DNA of 64,000 nucleotides, taken from assembly GCA_963669175.1 (NCBI GenBank), contig OY769902.1, positions 640,001 to 704,000 of the forward strand, in the 5' to 3' direction. Numbering within the stretch: position 1 is the stretch's first letter; the number at the start of each line of letters is the position of its first letter. Under the pieces are notes generated by a model, which was not told the origin of the DNA, searched no databases, and saw only the letters and a list, made by a program, of their open reading frames with translations. Below, piece by piece: positions 19,201-29,300 of the stretch. This DNA comes from a bacterium. GTDB taxonomy: Bacteria > Electryoneota > Electryoneia > Electryoneales > Electryoneaceae. A program made the translations under genes and the position numbers.

Positions 19201-21222
19201 AACATGTTAGCGCCTTACTGGGACAACCTGAACACCAATGATCAAACTGCTATTCTTACGTATTACGATGCACTGTCTGACCGGTTTATCATCGAATGGT
19301 CCCAATTAAACTACGGACAAAACTATTGGACCTTTGAAATAATCCTGTATAATCAGGAAACCTACCCGACGCCTGTCGGCGATACCGATATTTTATTTCA
19401 GTACCTGACCGTCACTGCAAATGAAGGAACACACGGAAGTTATGATGTACCCGGTTTTACCACAGGTATCGAAAATGGCAGCCAGGATGACGGTCTTTTG
19501 TACGCGTATACCAACGAATATGCAACTGGTGCGGCGCCAGTCGAAAACAACAGGGCTATTCTTTTTACTTCTTCGGTTGTGCAAACCGGAATACCATTTG
19601 GCGGACAAGTGCTGGATGCAGATTCTATTCCTCTTGCAGATGTGCTGGTATTAGCGGATTTCTTCAGCATTGCCATGACAGACCAAAATGGATACTTCCA
19701 TTTCGATCAGATTCCTTTCAGCCCAACCGAGTTCTCCCTGGAAAAAGACTGCTATACTACCCTTGATACCATTATTGAACACGGCGAGGCTGACACTCTT
19801 GAGGCGCTCTTTGTTCTGGGACGCCCCGATTATCAGCTAGAACCGGAGATAATCGTTGACACCCTGGGCACGTACGAATCTGCCACGCACAACATTAGTA
19901 TTACTAATAGCGGTAGCGGCAGGTTAGACTATTCGTTGGGCATTGAAATCACCGAGGGGCAGTGCTGCGCCAAACAGTCGGCCGGACGACTTACGCATGA
20001 ATTGGATCAGCGCTGGGATCGAATTGCAAGTTTTGGACTGGATGAATCTGAATTACACTATCGCGGATTGGCGTTTGATGACGAAACTTTCTGGATCAGC
20101 GGTTCGAACGGGTATGATGAAGATGGCCCCAATAAACTATACCGATATTCCATTTCGGGGGATTTGCTGGGTGTTTATGATCAACCGGTCCTCCCTGAAA
20201 ATCGTTCTCCCTCAGGTATGATGGGGCTTGATTATGATGATCATTGCCTTTATGGCGTAGACAACGGAGTTTTGTATACCATGACCTTTGCTGATGATGC
20301 TCTGACTGTAACCTCCACAACCCCGGTGCCAGTGAATCCGGCTCGTTACCTGGCTGTTGATCCGGAACGGGGGGTTTTCTGGATGGGCGACACACGAACT
20401 GAAATAAAGGGAGTAAACCTGAATGGCCAGGTTGAATACAGTCTGGATGCAAGTGAATTCAGGTTTTGTGCTGGTGACATGTTGCCCGTTGATCCAGGAT
20501 CTGGAATGTCCGAAATCGCTTTCCTGGAGTGGGATAATCTTAATCATGAAGCATATTTTCATACTTTTGACCCAAGCACCGGAAATTCGCAGATTATTCA
20601 GGATTTCCCCTCGGAAAACTACCTTGAAGAGCCCATTGGCGCTTGCATAACCCGATCCCTTTATGAATCAATATGGACATTCGCAAGTATCGTAACACAT
20701 GAAACTCAAGACAGCCTGATTGTGTGGGAATTGACCCCACATGTCCAATGGTTGTATATGCCGGCAATAGAAGGCAGTATACTTCCTGGCGAAACATGCT
20801 TTCACCGCGTAACTCTTAACGCATTAACCCTGGCACCGGAAACATACACTGCAGATCTGGTCCTCTATAGCACTGCCTGTAGCGATAATCCGAACCGGAT
20901 TACCATTCAAATGACGACAACTGGTGAACATGTCGAGGATTCCCAGAAGAGCCGTCCTCTTGAATGGGCGCTGGATGCGATCTGGCCCAACCCGTTCAAT
21001 CCCACAACCAACATCCGGTATGGCCTGAAGGAAGCAACCACTGTCCACATAAGGGTTTATGACGTGCTGGGGCGTGAAGTAACAACGCTGAAGCATGAAT
21101 CGCAGGCAGCCGGTTGGCATGTGATACCTTTCACCGCTCACGACCTGGCTAGTGGGGTTTATTTCCTGCGAGTTGAGGCCGGACCACTACAGGAGACGAG
21201 GAAACTTATTTTGCTAAAATAA
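16219..21222 (+). CDS. Peptidase C25 family multidomain protein, copy 2 (catalytic Cys position is Glu), T9SS-type CTD
   Basis: Same architecture as copy 1. AAGGA before ATG 16219 (MKRIFFALSVL...); WKRQKG, LGVGRIS, NLIGDP. Confidence 0.88.
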   Translation: MKRIFFALSVLIATTVYLCPGQAFSDTAQNDMFSPIQVLQCTQSPDGLNLSLAIRSPHIETVSESNLLQLATYSGAGMRTTPGEPATPTIGRLFRLPSTGGITVEVLNAEFETLTDIRYAARVGELDEADIEFGACTNLQDAWYPGPLVEAGDPAIFHDFRVASLITNPVQVNPARNEIRVYSRINLNIRFEGTDSRNSLPTTPHRLSKALLPFYREMLDWNEDELDDFELYRGGVQVIMQDDPVLFNLMEDWFRWKRQKGWILEVLTDSDVTWTGEGIRSELLDRYQQQPFDYVVVVGDNEGRWPAPASSYSSSCFGDFRYGCMAGDDYLVDLGVGRISIADSAEAAVVFSKLVAYEESPFLEDTSWYNRGLAHISDNHTFLYERDDILQQVRQQLLNIGYTTVDTLMYVNNSEAIAYLNAGVSVYAHNGYFRDGPSIAQIAQLTNYNMLPVVNSMTEYANNCFSELSFMEAWFRAGVVGAPTGAIGGLGLGHTLECGMQNVLVTGALCSATLSRIPELGGMSRGASVSLYTNYYSNRTTNTIRALHDFNLIGDPTTWLWTDIPAPLTVAAPDTLAPGWQAITCFVTTDEGTPVEDAWVTMDKTDNGDEWTVPGETDAYGVVTVLCDFQHTGEATLTVTAQNCQPYRKTIVVSTANTCLGIDTVVVYDDGSYASSGDGDGIAENGERIALRCQLANHDELAANDITLTALDTDQYITHVSGSILYTQIAPGESDWGNGAVLVDIHPSTPDSWLANLQFSYSDQPGHTTECQLAIAAPAIQTVSDLQVNTFRDVDISIPVVNNGNGDLSAGTARLFSNCMSVEVQNNICTIAALEPGEQDILHFNLNVATSRIAGFPASLGVCVNTENNGHYFFPVTIILGIAQVTDPVGPDEYGYMAFDDSDTAYLDYTPHFDWVELDTTEDDFDFVGNNLGLSDEGEGHDAAALVPLPFDVQYYGETFDCITVVTNGIAAFGDQQRLAFSRNRIIPDPLGPQNMLAPYWDNLNTNDQTAILTYYDALSDRFIIEWSQLNYGQNYWTFEIILYNQETYPTPVGDTDILFQYLTVTANEGTHGSYDVPGFTTGIENGSQDDGLLYAYTNEYATGAAPVENNRAILFTSSVVQTGIPFGGQVLDADSIPLADVLVLADFFSIAMTDQNGYFHFDQIPFSPTEFSLEKDCYTTLDTIIEHGEADTLEALFVLGRPDYQLEPEIIVDTLGTYESATHNISITNSGSGRLDYSLGIEITEGQCCAKQSAGRLTHELDQRWDRIASFGLDESELHYRGLAFDDETFWISGSNGYDEDGPNKLYRYSISGDLLGVYDQPVLPENRSPSGMMGLDYDDHCLYGVDNGVLYTMTFADDALTVTSTTPVPVNPARYLAVDPERGVFWMGDTRTEIKGVNLNGQVEYSLDASEFRFCAGDMLPVDPGSGMSEIAFLEWDNLNHEAYFHTFDPSTGNSQIIQDFPSENYLEEPIGACITRSLYESIWTFASIVTHETQDSLIVWELTPHVQWLYMPAIEGSILPGETCFHRVTLNALTLAPETYTADLVLYSTACSDNPNRITIQMTTTGEHVEDSQKSRPLEWALDAIWPNPFNPTTNIRYGLKEATTVHIRVYDVLGREVTTLKHESQAAGWHVIPFTAHDLASGVYFLRVEAGPLQETRKLILLK
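20964..21222 (+). repeat. Second copy of the 259-nt CTD repeat
   Basis: Near-identical to 15867-16125. Confidence 0.92.
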
Positions 21223-21317
21223 CACTCATGGTAGTGCATTTATCAATATTTGCCCTATTTTAGTATAGCCAATCATACATGGAAATGATTGGAGAAGAGA
21301 CGAAGGGGCGGTGAACT

Positions 21318-24300
21318 ATGAGAAAGAGCGCTAGATTCTCCTTGTTGGTGTTGCTGGTGATTGTCAATGCCGGGATTTGTGTTGCCCGTTATCCAGATTC
21401 AATAAACCCGTTATCTGAAATGCAGGTGTTGGAGTGTGACCGTTCCGCTGTGGGCTGCAATATCACACTTACCTTTTCCCAACCAGCATTTGGGCCTGTT
21501 GATTCGGATTCTTCCCTTACCATAGCAAGTTATTCCGGTGAAATCCTTTTACAGGAAAGCGGCCAACCGGCAACACCTGTCCTGGGTGGCGCGTTTCGTT
21601 TGCCTGCGTCGGGTGGGGCGCATGTCAGCATTGTCAATGCTGAATACACTACGCTGACCGATATCGAATACGCTGCTTTTGCCGGAGAACTGGACGAGAT
21701 CGCCTATTCCACCTGCACCCTGCAACAGGACGCCTGGTATCCGGGAAGACTCGCTGACATTGGTGAAGCTGCAATCTTTCATGATTTTCGTGTCGCAAAC
21801 CTGCTGGCTCACCCGGTACAGGTAAACCCGGCACGAAATGAAGTTCGTGTCTATAGCCGTATGGATATCGCCATCGAATATGACGGTTCCGACAACAACA
21901 ATTGCCTTCCTGCGCCTGTAACACACATCAGCAAAACCTTCCTGCCCTGGTATCGCTTGTTGATGGATTGGGATGAAGGCGAGCTGGATGAATACGAATT
22001 GTACCGTGGCGCTGTTCAGGTAGTTATGCGGGACGACGATGTATTGATGACCCTTATGGAAGACTGGTTCGAATGGAAACGCATGAAGGGCTGGACCCTG
22101 GAATTGCTTACCGACAGTGATGTTGAATGGAGTTCTGTGAATATCGCCGGGGAACTGGCATCCCGTTACGAGGAAAATCCTTTTGATTTTGTAGTTATTA
22201 TCGGTGATGATCAGGGTAGTTTTACAGTTCCTCCGGGAGTTGGTTCCGGTTCACCGGGCGGGGATCAACCGTACTCAACCCTGGCGGGCGGGGACAACCT
22301 GGCAGATGTTCACGTCGGACGCATCTCGGTGAATACTGCCGCCCAATGCAGCAACGCTTCCTACAAGCTGGTGTCCTACGAATCAGAGCCCTGTGTGGAT
22401 GATAGCGCAGGTTGGTTTGAACATGGCCTGCTGCATATTTCCGACACTCATGTTGACCCCCAGAAAAAAACCATGTTCCGTCAAATGCGATCTTGGATGC
22501 TGGAGCGTACATACGAAACTGTAGATACCGTGTTTTCTACAGTTGACCAGGACGCTATAGATATTATCAATGATGGCGTGAGCTTTTATTCCGCACAGGG
22601 ATATCTCGGGACAGCCTTGAACCAATACCAGATTAATGAGTTGACAAACAATTCGAAACTACCGGCGATTTTGGAATACTCCTGTTATACCGGGAATTGG
22701 TCCCAGAATACTTCTCTTTCGGAGTGGTGGTTCCGGGCTACCAATGGCGATTATCCCAGTGGAGCTATCGGTACAGTAGGTATTTCAACCTGTTCTGAAA
22801 GCCAGGCTTGTTTGAAAACCTTGAATGCTGGTGGCGCATACTCGCTTATCGTGCTTGGCGATCCCCATATGGGCGCATCCCTTACCGGCGGGAAGTTTGC
22901 CCTGTGGCAAAACCTGCATGGGTATAACGACAGTTATTACAACAACCATTGCCAGTGGACTAACCTGATCGGTGATCCTACAACATGGATCTGGACCGAT
23001 GTTCCCGATACGATTGTTGTCAACTACACATCCACCATTGAGCCCGGCGATCATTATTATCCTGTAAGTGTCTATAACGAGGCAACTGCTATTGAAGGAG
23101 CCTGGGTAACTCTCTACAAAGTTGATAACAACGAAGATTTTGTTGCAACGGCCGAAACAGACGCCAGCGGCTATGCCTCGCTTGATTTGGATATTCACTT
23201 TCCCGGCGTCGCAACCCTGACTGTAACTGCACAGAACTGTATACCCCTGCAATACAATATTGCTGTTGATGAAGCGTTTCAGAATATCGGCTTTACCGAA
23301 TTGACAATCATTGATGATGGCACGCGTGGCACCAGCGGTGATGGTGATGGCCTGGCGGATGCCGGGGAAACAATTGGGCTGTTATTCACCCTGCGAAACT
23401 ATGGGGCGCTGGAGGAAACCAATATCACGCTCTCGGCGACCACGGATGATTTCTGGCTGTATGACCTTACAGGCACAATCACGCTTGAATCACTTGAACC
23501 GGAAAGCGAAACAACACTGGATGATGTAATTCTGGTCACCGTAGACGATCAGGTTCGGAACCATTGGCTTGCCCCCGTGTCCCTACGAATCGATTCCGAT
23601 ATGGGAGCCTATTTCGACACGATAAGACTGGCATTACATGCCCCCGACCTTGGCATTGTTGCTGATAACATAAACGAAGGGCCTGGCTTGCAGACGTTGG
23701 AACTGGAGATGTTCAATCTTGGCAGCCAGACAATGTCGGCAGGAGAAATTGTCCTTTTCAGTTGTTCGGATAATCTTGAACTGAATACAACTTTGAACAC
23801 CCCCGAGTTGGCCGTTGGGCAATCCTGTGACCTGGAAACGGAAGTAACCATCAGCGACACTTGCATTCCCGGGCAATTCGCCCAGATTGTTGCACTTCTC
23901 TACACAGATGATGGCTTTTCAGATACCGTTTCCACCCAAATTGTCCTGGGCACTCCCGGTGATGGAGACCCTGCCGGTCCTGACAATTATGGCTATTATG
24001 CCTTTGACATTGGCGACACCAGTTACGCAGAGTATGCACCGGACTATGAGTGGGTTGAAATCTGTCCTGTTGAAGATCCCTATCATTACGAAGGCACAGC
24101 CCTGCCGGAACAACAGGGACATTCGCTGATAAGTGCGCTTGTTGATCTACCTTTCCCGGTTCAGTTTTATGGCCACACATTTGAACAGGTAACAATAACC
24201 TCTATGGGGTTTATTGCCTTCGGTGACCAGGTTGGTTGGCCCCACAACGTAAGCCATCGTCTTCCCAGTGCCATGGCGCCCCAAAGTATGATAGCGGCCT

Positions 24301-26291
24301 ATTGGGACTATTTCGAAATGGTGGAAGCTTCGGGGATTTATACCTATTACGATGAGGCTAATGGTCGCTTCATCATTGAATGGTACCAATTGACCGACCC
24401 GAACTGTACGTTTGAGGTCATTCTGTTTGATTTGGATGTGGCCCCCTCCTTCAGTGGCGATAATGATATTCTGTGCCAGTATAAATCGTTTCAAATTGAT
24501 AGTTACGGCGGCTATTTCGATTATCCCTATTGGACCACGGGGATACAGAACCAGGCTCAGGACGATGGGCTGACGTATGCTTATTACAATATATACTCGG
24601 ATGGCGCCGCAACTCTCACCAACGAATCAGCCATTCTGTTCACCACTCGCCCCAGCATAGAAAGAAATATTGTCGGTGGGCATGTTTATGATTATTCAGA
24701 TTCGACACCTGTCGCTGACGCCCTGGTGACCATTAACAACAATTATACTGTTCAAACGGACAACCAGGGAATGTTTGCGTTCGAATATATCCACAGTGGG
24801 TTCGCATCTTTGACAGTGGAAGCTGATTGTTATCAAGACGTCGATTCAACCTTTCTGATTTTATCCGGAGACACACTGGATCTGGATGTATACCTGTACG
24901 CTCCGGGATTTGAGCTTTCTACAACCTTAATACGAGATACACTGACCTATAATCAGAGCTCAACTCATTCTTTTCCTGTATCTAATCCCGGCGATGGGAT
25001 TCTGGAATATTTTATTGACATTGAATCCACCCCTCGCAACATTGCCGCCACTGGCAAACGCTCGACATTTGCATCGGAATTGGATGAAATCTGGCCACGT
25101 GTTGTCAGTTTCGAGCTTGATCCTTCCGAATCCAGCTATCGTGGGCTCACGTTCGATGGCGAATCCTTCTGGATCAGCGGTTCAGACAATCAGAATATTC
25201 CCGACCCCAACATTTTATACCGGTATTCACCGGACGGAGTTTACCTCGGTTCTTTTGATCAGCCGGTTCCGCCCGAGCAGCGAAGCCGGATAGGCATGTA
25301 TGGTTTGGACTGGGATGATGGGTGCCTGTATGGCGTGGATAATGGCGTGTTGTACGAGATGACATTTAATGGTGAAGCATTTGAAATAAGTATGGCAATA
25401 GAGGTAGAAACAAACCCTGCGCGTTTTCTTATCGTTGATCCGGAACGTGGGCTTTTCTGGATGGGTGATGCCGGTGTCATGATTCGCGGGTATAATCTGA
25501 ACGGTGAGACGGCGCTGTATATCTCCCGGGAAGATCACCGCTTTTTTGCCGGTGATATGTTTTCCACAACACAGGGTTCAAGTATCAGGCTGATTGACTG
25601 GAACAGCGACAACCAGACAGCCACCTGCTATGAATTGGATGTGGATAATCGAATCTACACACCTGATCCTGATTTTCCTTCTGATGAGTTTAGCGACTCT
25701 CCTATCGGCATGTGTATCAGCCATGATGTAATTCCATCAATATGGACCATGGCCAGCATTATCCGCTTTGATGAGGTCGATAGTGTTTTCATATGGAACA
25801 TGGAACCTTTCCATGACTGGCTGGTCTTGCCTGTGCAGCATAGTACTATTGATCCTGGAGAAACCCGGAATGTTGAATTCTCCGTGTTAAGTTACCTGCT
25901 TCCCGAAGACACCTACACGCTGGATCTCGCATTCCGGCACAATGCCTGTACTGACAATCCGGATAGAGTAACTGTTGAACTGGTTGTCAATGACAACGCA
26001 GTTTCTGACAACGAACGGAACAGACCGGTCGAATGGGCGCTTGACGCCATCTGGCCCAACCCATTTAACCCCACCACTCAAATCCGGTTTGGCTTGAAAG
26101 AAGCAACGGCTGTTGATATTCGAGTTTTTGATATCCTGGGAAGAGAAGTCACAACGCTGGTGCAAGAACAAAGAACGGCAGGGTGGTATACAATTCCATT
26201 CACCGCCAATGGATTGGCCAGCGGAGTCTATTTTGTCCGGATTAACGCAGGACCGCTTCACGAAACCAGGAAGCTGGTTCTGTTGAAATAG
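21318..26291 (+). CDS. Peptidase C25 family multidomain protein, copy 3 (Cys kept, SHRGY changed to SAQGY), T9SS-type CTD
   Basis: Same architecture; EYSCYTGNW, HVGRIS, NLIGDP, WPNPFNP...RKLVLLK. Confidence 0.88.
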   Translation: MRKSARFSLLVLLVIVNAGICVARYPDSINPLSEMQVLECDRSAVGCNITLTFSQPAFGPVDSDSSLTIASYSGEILLQESGQPATPVLGGAFRLPASGGAHVSIVNAEYTTLTDIEYAAFAGELDEIAYSTCTLQQDAWYPGRLADIGEAAIFHDFRVANLLAHPVQVNPARNEVRVYSRMDIAIEYDGSDNNNCLPAPVTHISKTFLPWYRLLMDWDEGELDEYELYRGAVQVVMRDDDVLMTLMEDWFEWKRMKGWTLELLTDSDVEWSSVNIAGELASRYEENPFDFVVIIGDDQGSFTVPPGVGSGSPGGDQPYSTLAGGDNLADVHVGRISVNTAAQCSNASYKLVSYESEPCVDDSAGWFEHGLLHISDTHVDPQKKTMFRQMRSWMLERTYETVDTVFSTVDQDAIDIINDGVSFYSAQGYLGTALNQYQINELTNNSKLPAILEYSCYTGNWSQNTSLSEWWFRATNGDYPSGAIGTVGISTCSESQACLKTLNAGGAYSLIVLGDPHMGASLTGGKFALWQNLHGYNDSYYNNHCQWTNLIGDPTTWIWTDVPDTIVVNYTSTIEPGDHYYPVSVYNEATAIEGAWVTLYKVDNNEDFVATAETDASGYASLDLDIHFPGVATLTVTAQNCIPLQYNIAVDEAFQNIGFTELTIIDDGTRGTSGDGDGLADAGETIGLLFTLRNYGALEETNITLSATTDDFWLYDLTGTITLESLEPESETTLDDVILVTVDDQVRNHWLAPVSLRIDSDMGAYFDTIRLALHAPDLGIVADNINEGPGLQTLELEMFNLGSQTMSAGEIVLFSCSDNLELNTTLNTPELAVGQSCDLETEVTISDTCIPGQFAQIVALLYTDDGFSDTVSTQIVLGTPGDGDPAGPDNYGYYAFDIGDTSYAEYAPDYEWVEICPVEDPYHYEGTALPEQQGHSLISALVDLPFPVQFYGHTFEQVTITSMGFIAFGDQVGWPHNVSHRLPSAMAPQSMIAAYWDYFEMVEASGIYTYYDEANGRFIIEWYQLTDPNCTFEVILFDLDVAPSFSGDNDILCQYKSFQIDSYGGYFDYPYWTTGIQNQAQDDGLTYAYYNIYSDGAATLTNESAILFTTRPSIERNIVGGHVYDYSDSTPVADALVTINNNYTVQTDNQGMFAFEYIHSGFASLTVEADCYQDVDSTFLILSGDTLDLDVYLYAPGFELSTTLIRDTLTYNQSSTHSFPVSNPGDGILEYFIDIESTPRNIAATGKRSTFASELDEIWPRVVSFELDPSESSYRGLTFDGESFWISGSDNQNIPDPNILYRYSPDGVYLGSFDQPVPPEQRSRIGMYGLDWDDGCLYGVDNGVLYEMTFNGEAFEISMAIEVETNPARFLIVDPERGLFWMGDAGVMIRGYNLNGETALYISREDHRFFAGDMFSTTQGSSIRLIDWNSDNQTATCYELDVDNRIYTPDPDFPSDEFSDSPIGMCISHDVIPSIWTMASIIRFDEVDSVFIWNMEPFHDWLVLPVQHSTIDPGETRNVEFSVLSYLLPEDTYTLDLAFRHNACTDNPDRVTVELVVNDNAVSDNERNRPVEWALDAIWPNPFNPTTQIRFGLKEATAVDIRVFDILGREVTTLVQEQRTAGWYTIPFTANGLASGVYFVRINAGPLHETRKLVLLK

Positions 26292-26377
26292 GTGGTCAAT
26301 ATCAGGATAAGCAATGATTATCCTGGCTGATTGAGAACGTACATTAACTCTTCTGCTTGCAGAATCAGGGACAACGC

Positions 26378-29300
26378 ATGAAGTGGAAAATCAGAGCTTT
26401 ATGCCTGGTATTGATCTGTTGTTCGTTAGCGTCAGGCAACCTCTCTCCCGTTAACCCGATACTATCGGACGATTGCACTGCGCTATGTGTACAACAGTGC
26501 CTGCATACTTCTGATGGGATATCCCTTTCTCTTGCTTTCGAAACCCCGAAAATTGAAACCGTAGATGAATCCAATTCGTTGCAACTTGCCTCTTTCCCCG
26601 GTTCCGGAATGCGTCTGTACCCCGGAGAACCGGCAACTCCCATGATTGGCAGACTTTTTCGCCTGCCCCCAAGTGGTGGTGTAATGGTCGAGGTGCTCGA
26701 CGCCGAATACCAGACGTATACAGATGTTGATTATGCCGCCTGCGTTGACGAACTCGATGAGCTTGAGTTTGGCGCATGTTCTTCTGTTGAAGACGCCTGG
26801 TTTCCCGGACCGCTCGTTGAAGTTGGCGATCCAGCCATTTTTCACGATTTCCGTGTCGCAAACCTGCTTACCAACCCGGTGCAGGTTAATCCGGCGCGCC
26901 AGGAAGTCCGTGTATATAGCCACATGAACCTGGCCGTGAGATACAATTCCCATGACGACCGGAACACCCTGGCGCATCACCCCGCGAAACTGAGCTCCAC
27001 TTTTCTTCCCTGGTATCGAGATTTTCTGGATTGGGACGATGACGAACTGGATGAATATGAATTCTACCAGGGCAATGTGGTTGTGGTCATGCGGGATGAT
27101 GACGTTTTGTGGGAAAGCCTGGCAGATTGGATCGCATGGAAACGTCAGAAAGGGTGGAAACTGGATTTCCTGACCGATTCTGATGTGGACAACTGGACAA
27201 GCGATGGTATTATAAGTGAATTGATCCAGCGTTATGAAGCAGCCGAGGAGAAGTTTGATTTTGTTGTCATCATTGGCGATGATACCGGATCGTTTACAGT
27301 CCCGGCCTCGTCAGGATACGGGTCCGGATCCGGTGACCTGTTTTATACAATGCTGGCAGGTAACGATTACCTGGTTGACGTCGCAATCGGTCGAATGACT
27401 GTTGAAACATTTCAGCACGTGGTGATAGCAAGCCACAAAATCATCACTTATGAATGCGATATGTACCTGGAAGAACCTGTTTGGTACACGCGAGCCATGC
27501 TGAGTCGTTCGGACACGCACGAAGGCATTACAAAAGTCATGACCCTGAGGTACTGGAGATCATGGTTGAATGAAATAGGCTATACCCAGGTCGATACAAG
27601 TTGGGGCCTGGGAAATACCGCTGCGCTTGCAGCGATAAATGATGGTGTAAGTGTATACAGTCACCGTGGATATATTGGTTCAGGCATTCAAGCCAATCAG
27701 GTTTCAGCTCTGTCTAATGATTACATGCTGCCTGTCGTTATTGATTTAACCTGCTACACGGGAAACTGGTCTGGCGACACGGGAATCAATGAGACCTGGT
27801 TTCGGACCGGCGCCATCAATTCGCCTCGTGCGGGCATTGGCGCTATCGGCATGGCAACCGCCGCCAATCGTCCAAGTATGTTGAATCCTATCAGTGGAGG
27901 CGCTGCCTATTCGTTACTGGTTCAACGCAACCCTGAAATGGGTCTGGTCTGGATGGGAGGCGAGATCAACTTGTGGCAAAATCAACGGCTTAATAACCCC
28001 GCTGTTTCACAAGATGAACAGCAATGGTGTAACCTGATGGGTGATCCGACAACCTGGTTGTGGACCGCGGCTCCGGAATCTCTGTTTGTAAGCACACCTG
28101 ACCTGATCAACCTGGGAACACGCCAGGTGAATGTGCAGGTCACGGACAGCGAGAATAATCCAGTACCGAACGCGTGGGTTACTTTTTACAAGGTTGATGA
28201 AAACGAAGATGTTGTTTATTCCACACTTGCGGACGCTGATGGCTTCGCTTATTTACAAACCGAGTGTGACTATCCCGGCGAGAGCATCATTACTGTCAGC
28301 GCACAGAATTATCTTCCTTCCCAGACACCAGTTACTGTTTCTCTTGCCAACGATAATGTGAGTTTCGATGACTATGAGATCGTTGATGACGGGAATTACC
28401 AGACCATTGGCAATGGAGATGGTATTCCCCAGAATGGTGAAACGATCGGGCTACGGTTGAAACTGGCCTGTAATTCCGATATCACGCAAACGGGGATTTT
28501 TGTGACCGGTTCTTCGGCCGATCCATGTATTGAAGCTGTAACTGGTACGGTTGCCATACAATCAATGGAAGCCGGAGAATCGGAATGGGCGGATGAAGTT
28601 ATCCTGGTCGAACTGGCCGACATGATCGAGGATCACTGGATTGTGCATGTCGATCTTGAATGCACTGCCGACCAAAGCTTTCACACAACCACATGCAGCT
28701 TCCCGATTCGAGCGCCTCAATACGGTATTGTTACGACAACCATGAGCGACATTGAACCGGGCGGAAACGGCACACTATTCATCATGATTCAGAACACCGG
28801 AGGACACGAAGCGTCAACCATATCAGGTGTGATTTCAGCGTATGGCAACATGTTCCATTCATCTCAGGCCTACCGCCCTTTTGGAACCCTGAGCCCCGGA
28901 GAGACAAACAGTACAAGCTTTAGCATCACGGCTGCGCAGGACGCCCTTCCCGGCGCTCTTGTCCCCTGCCTGTTAACCTGACCTCAGGTAATGGCCACAC
29001 ATTTGACCTGGAATTCTCTGTCAACTTCGGTTCCGTTGACACTTCAGACGTTACCGGGCCAGACCAATACGGATATATCGCCATAGAGAATACGGACATT
29101 ATTCCCATCGATTCTCTTGTCCCGGTCTTTGATTGGATTGAAATCAATCCGGACTTGCAGGATGCCCAGTTTGAGGGAACATTGATAGACGTGGAAGACC
29201 CGGTAGAGAATGATGATGATGCCGCTGTTATTGAATTGCCATTTCCGATTCAGTATTACGGAAACACGTTCAATACCATGACAATCAGCACCAATGGATA

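Noticed and set aside
15867-21222. Near-identical 3'-terminal repeats as a DGR template/variable pair
   Set aside because: Only two synonymous differences, both copies are coding, and there is no reverse transcriptase in the window.
28979-28981. TGA as selenocysteine, readthrough or a prfB-like +1 shift
   Set aside because: Homology continues in the -1 frame; in-frame readthrough gives unrelated sequence ending at a nearby TAG.
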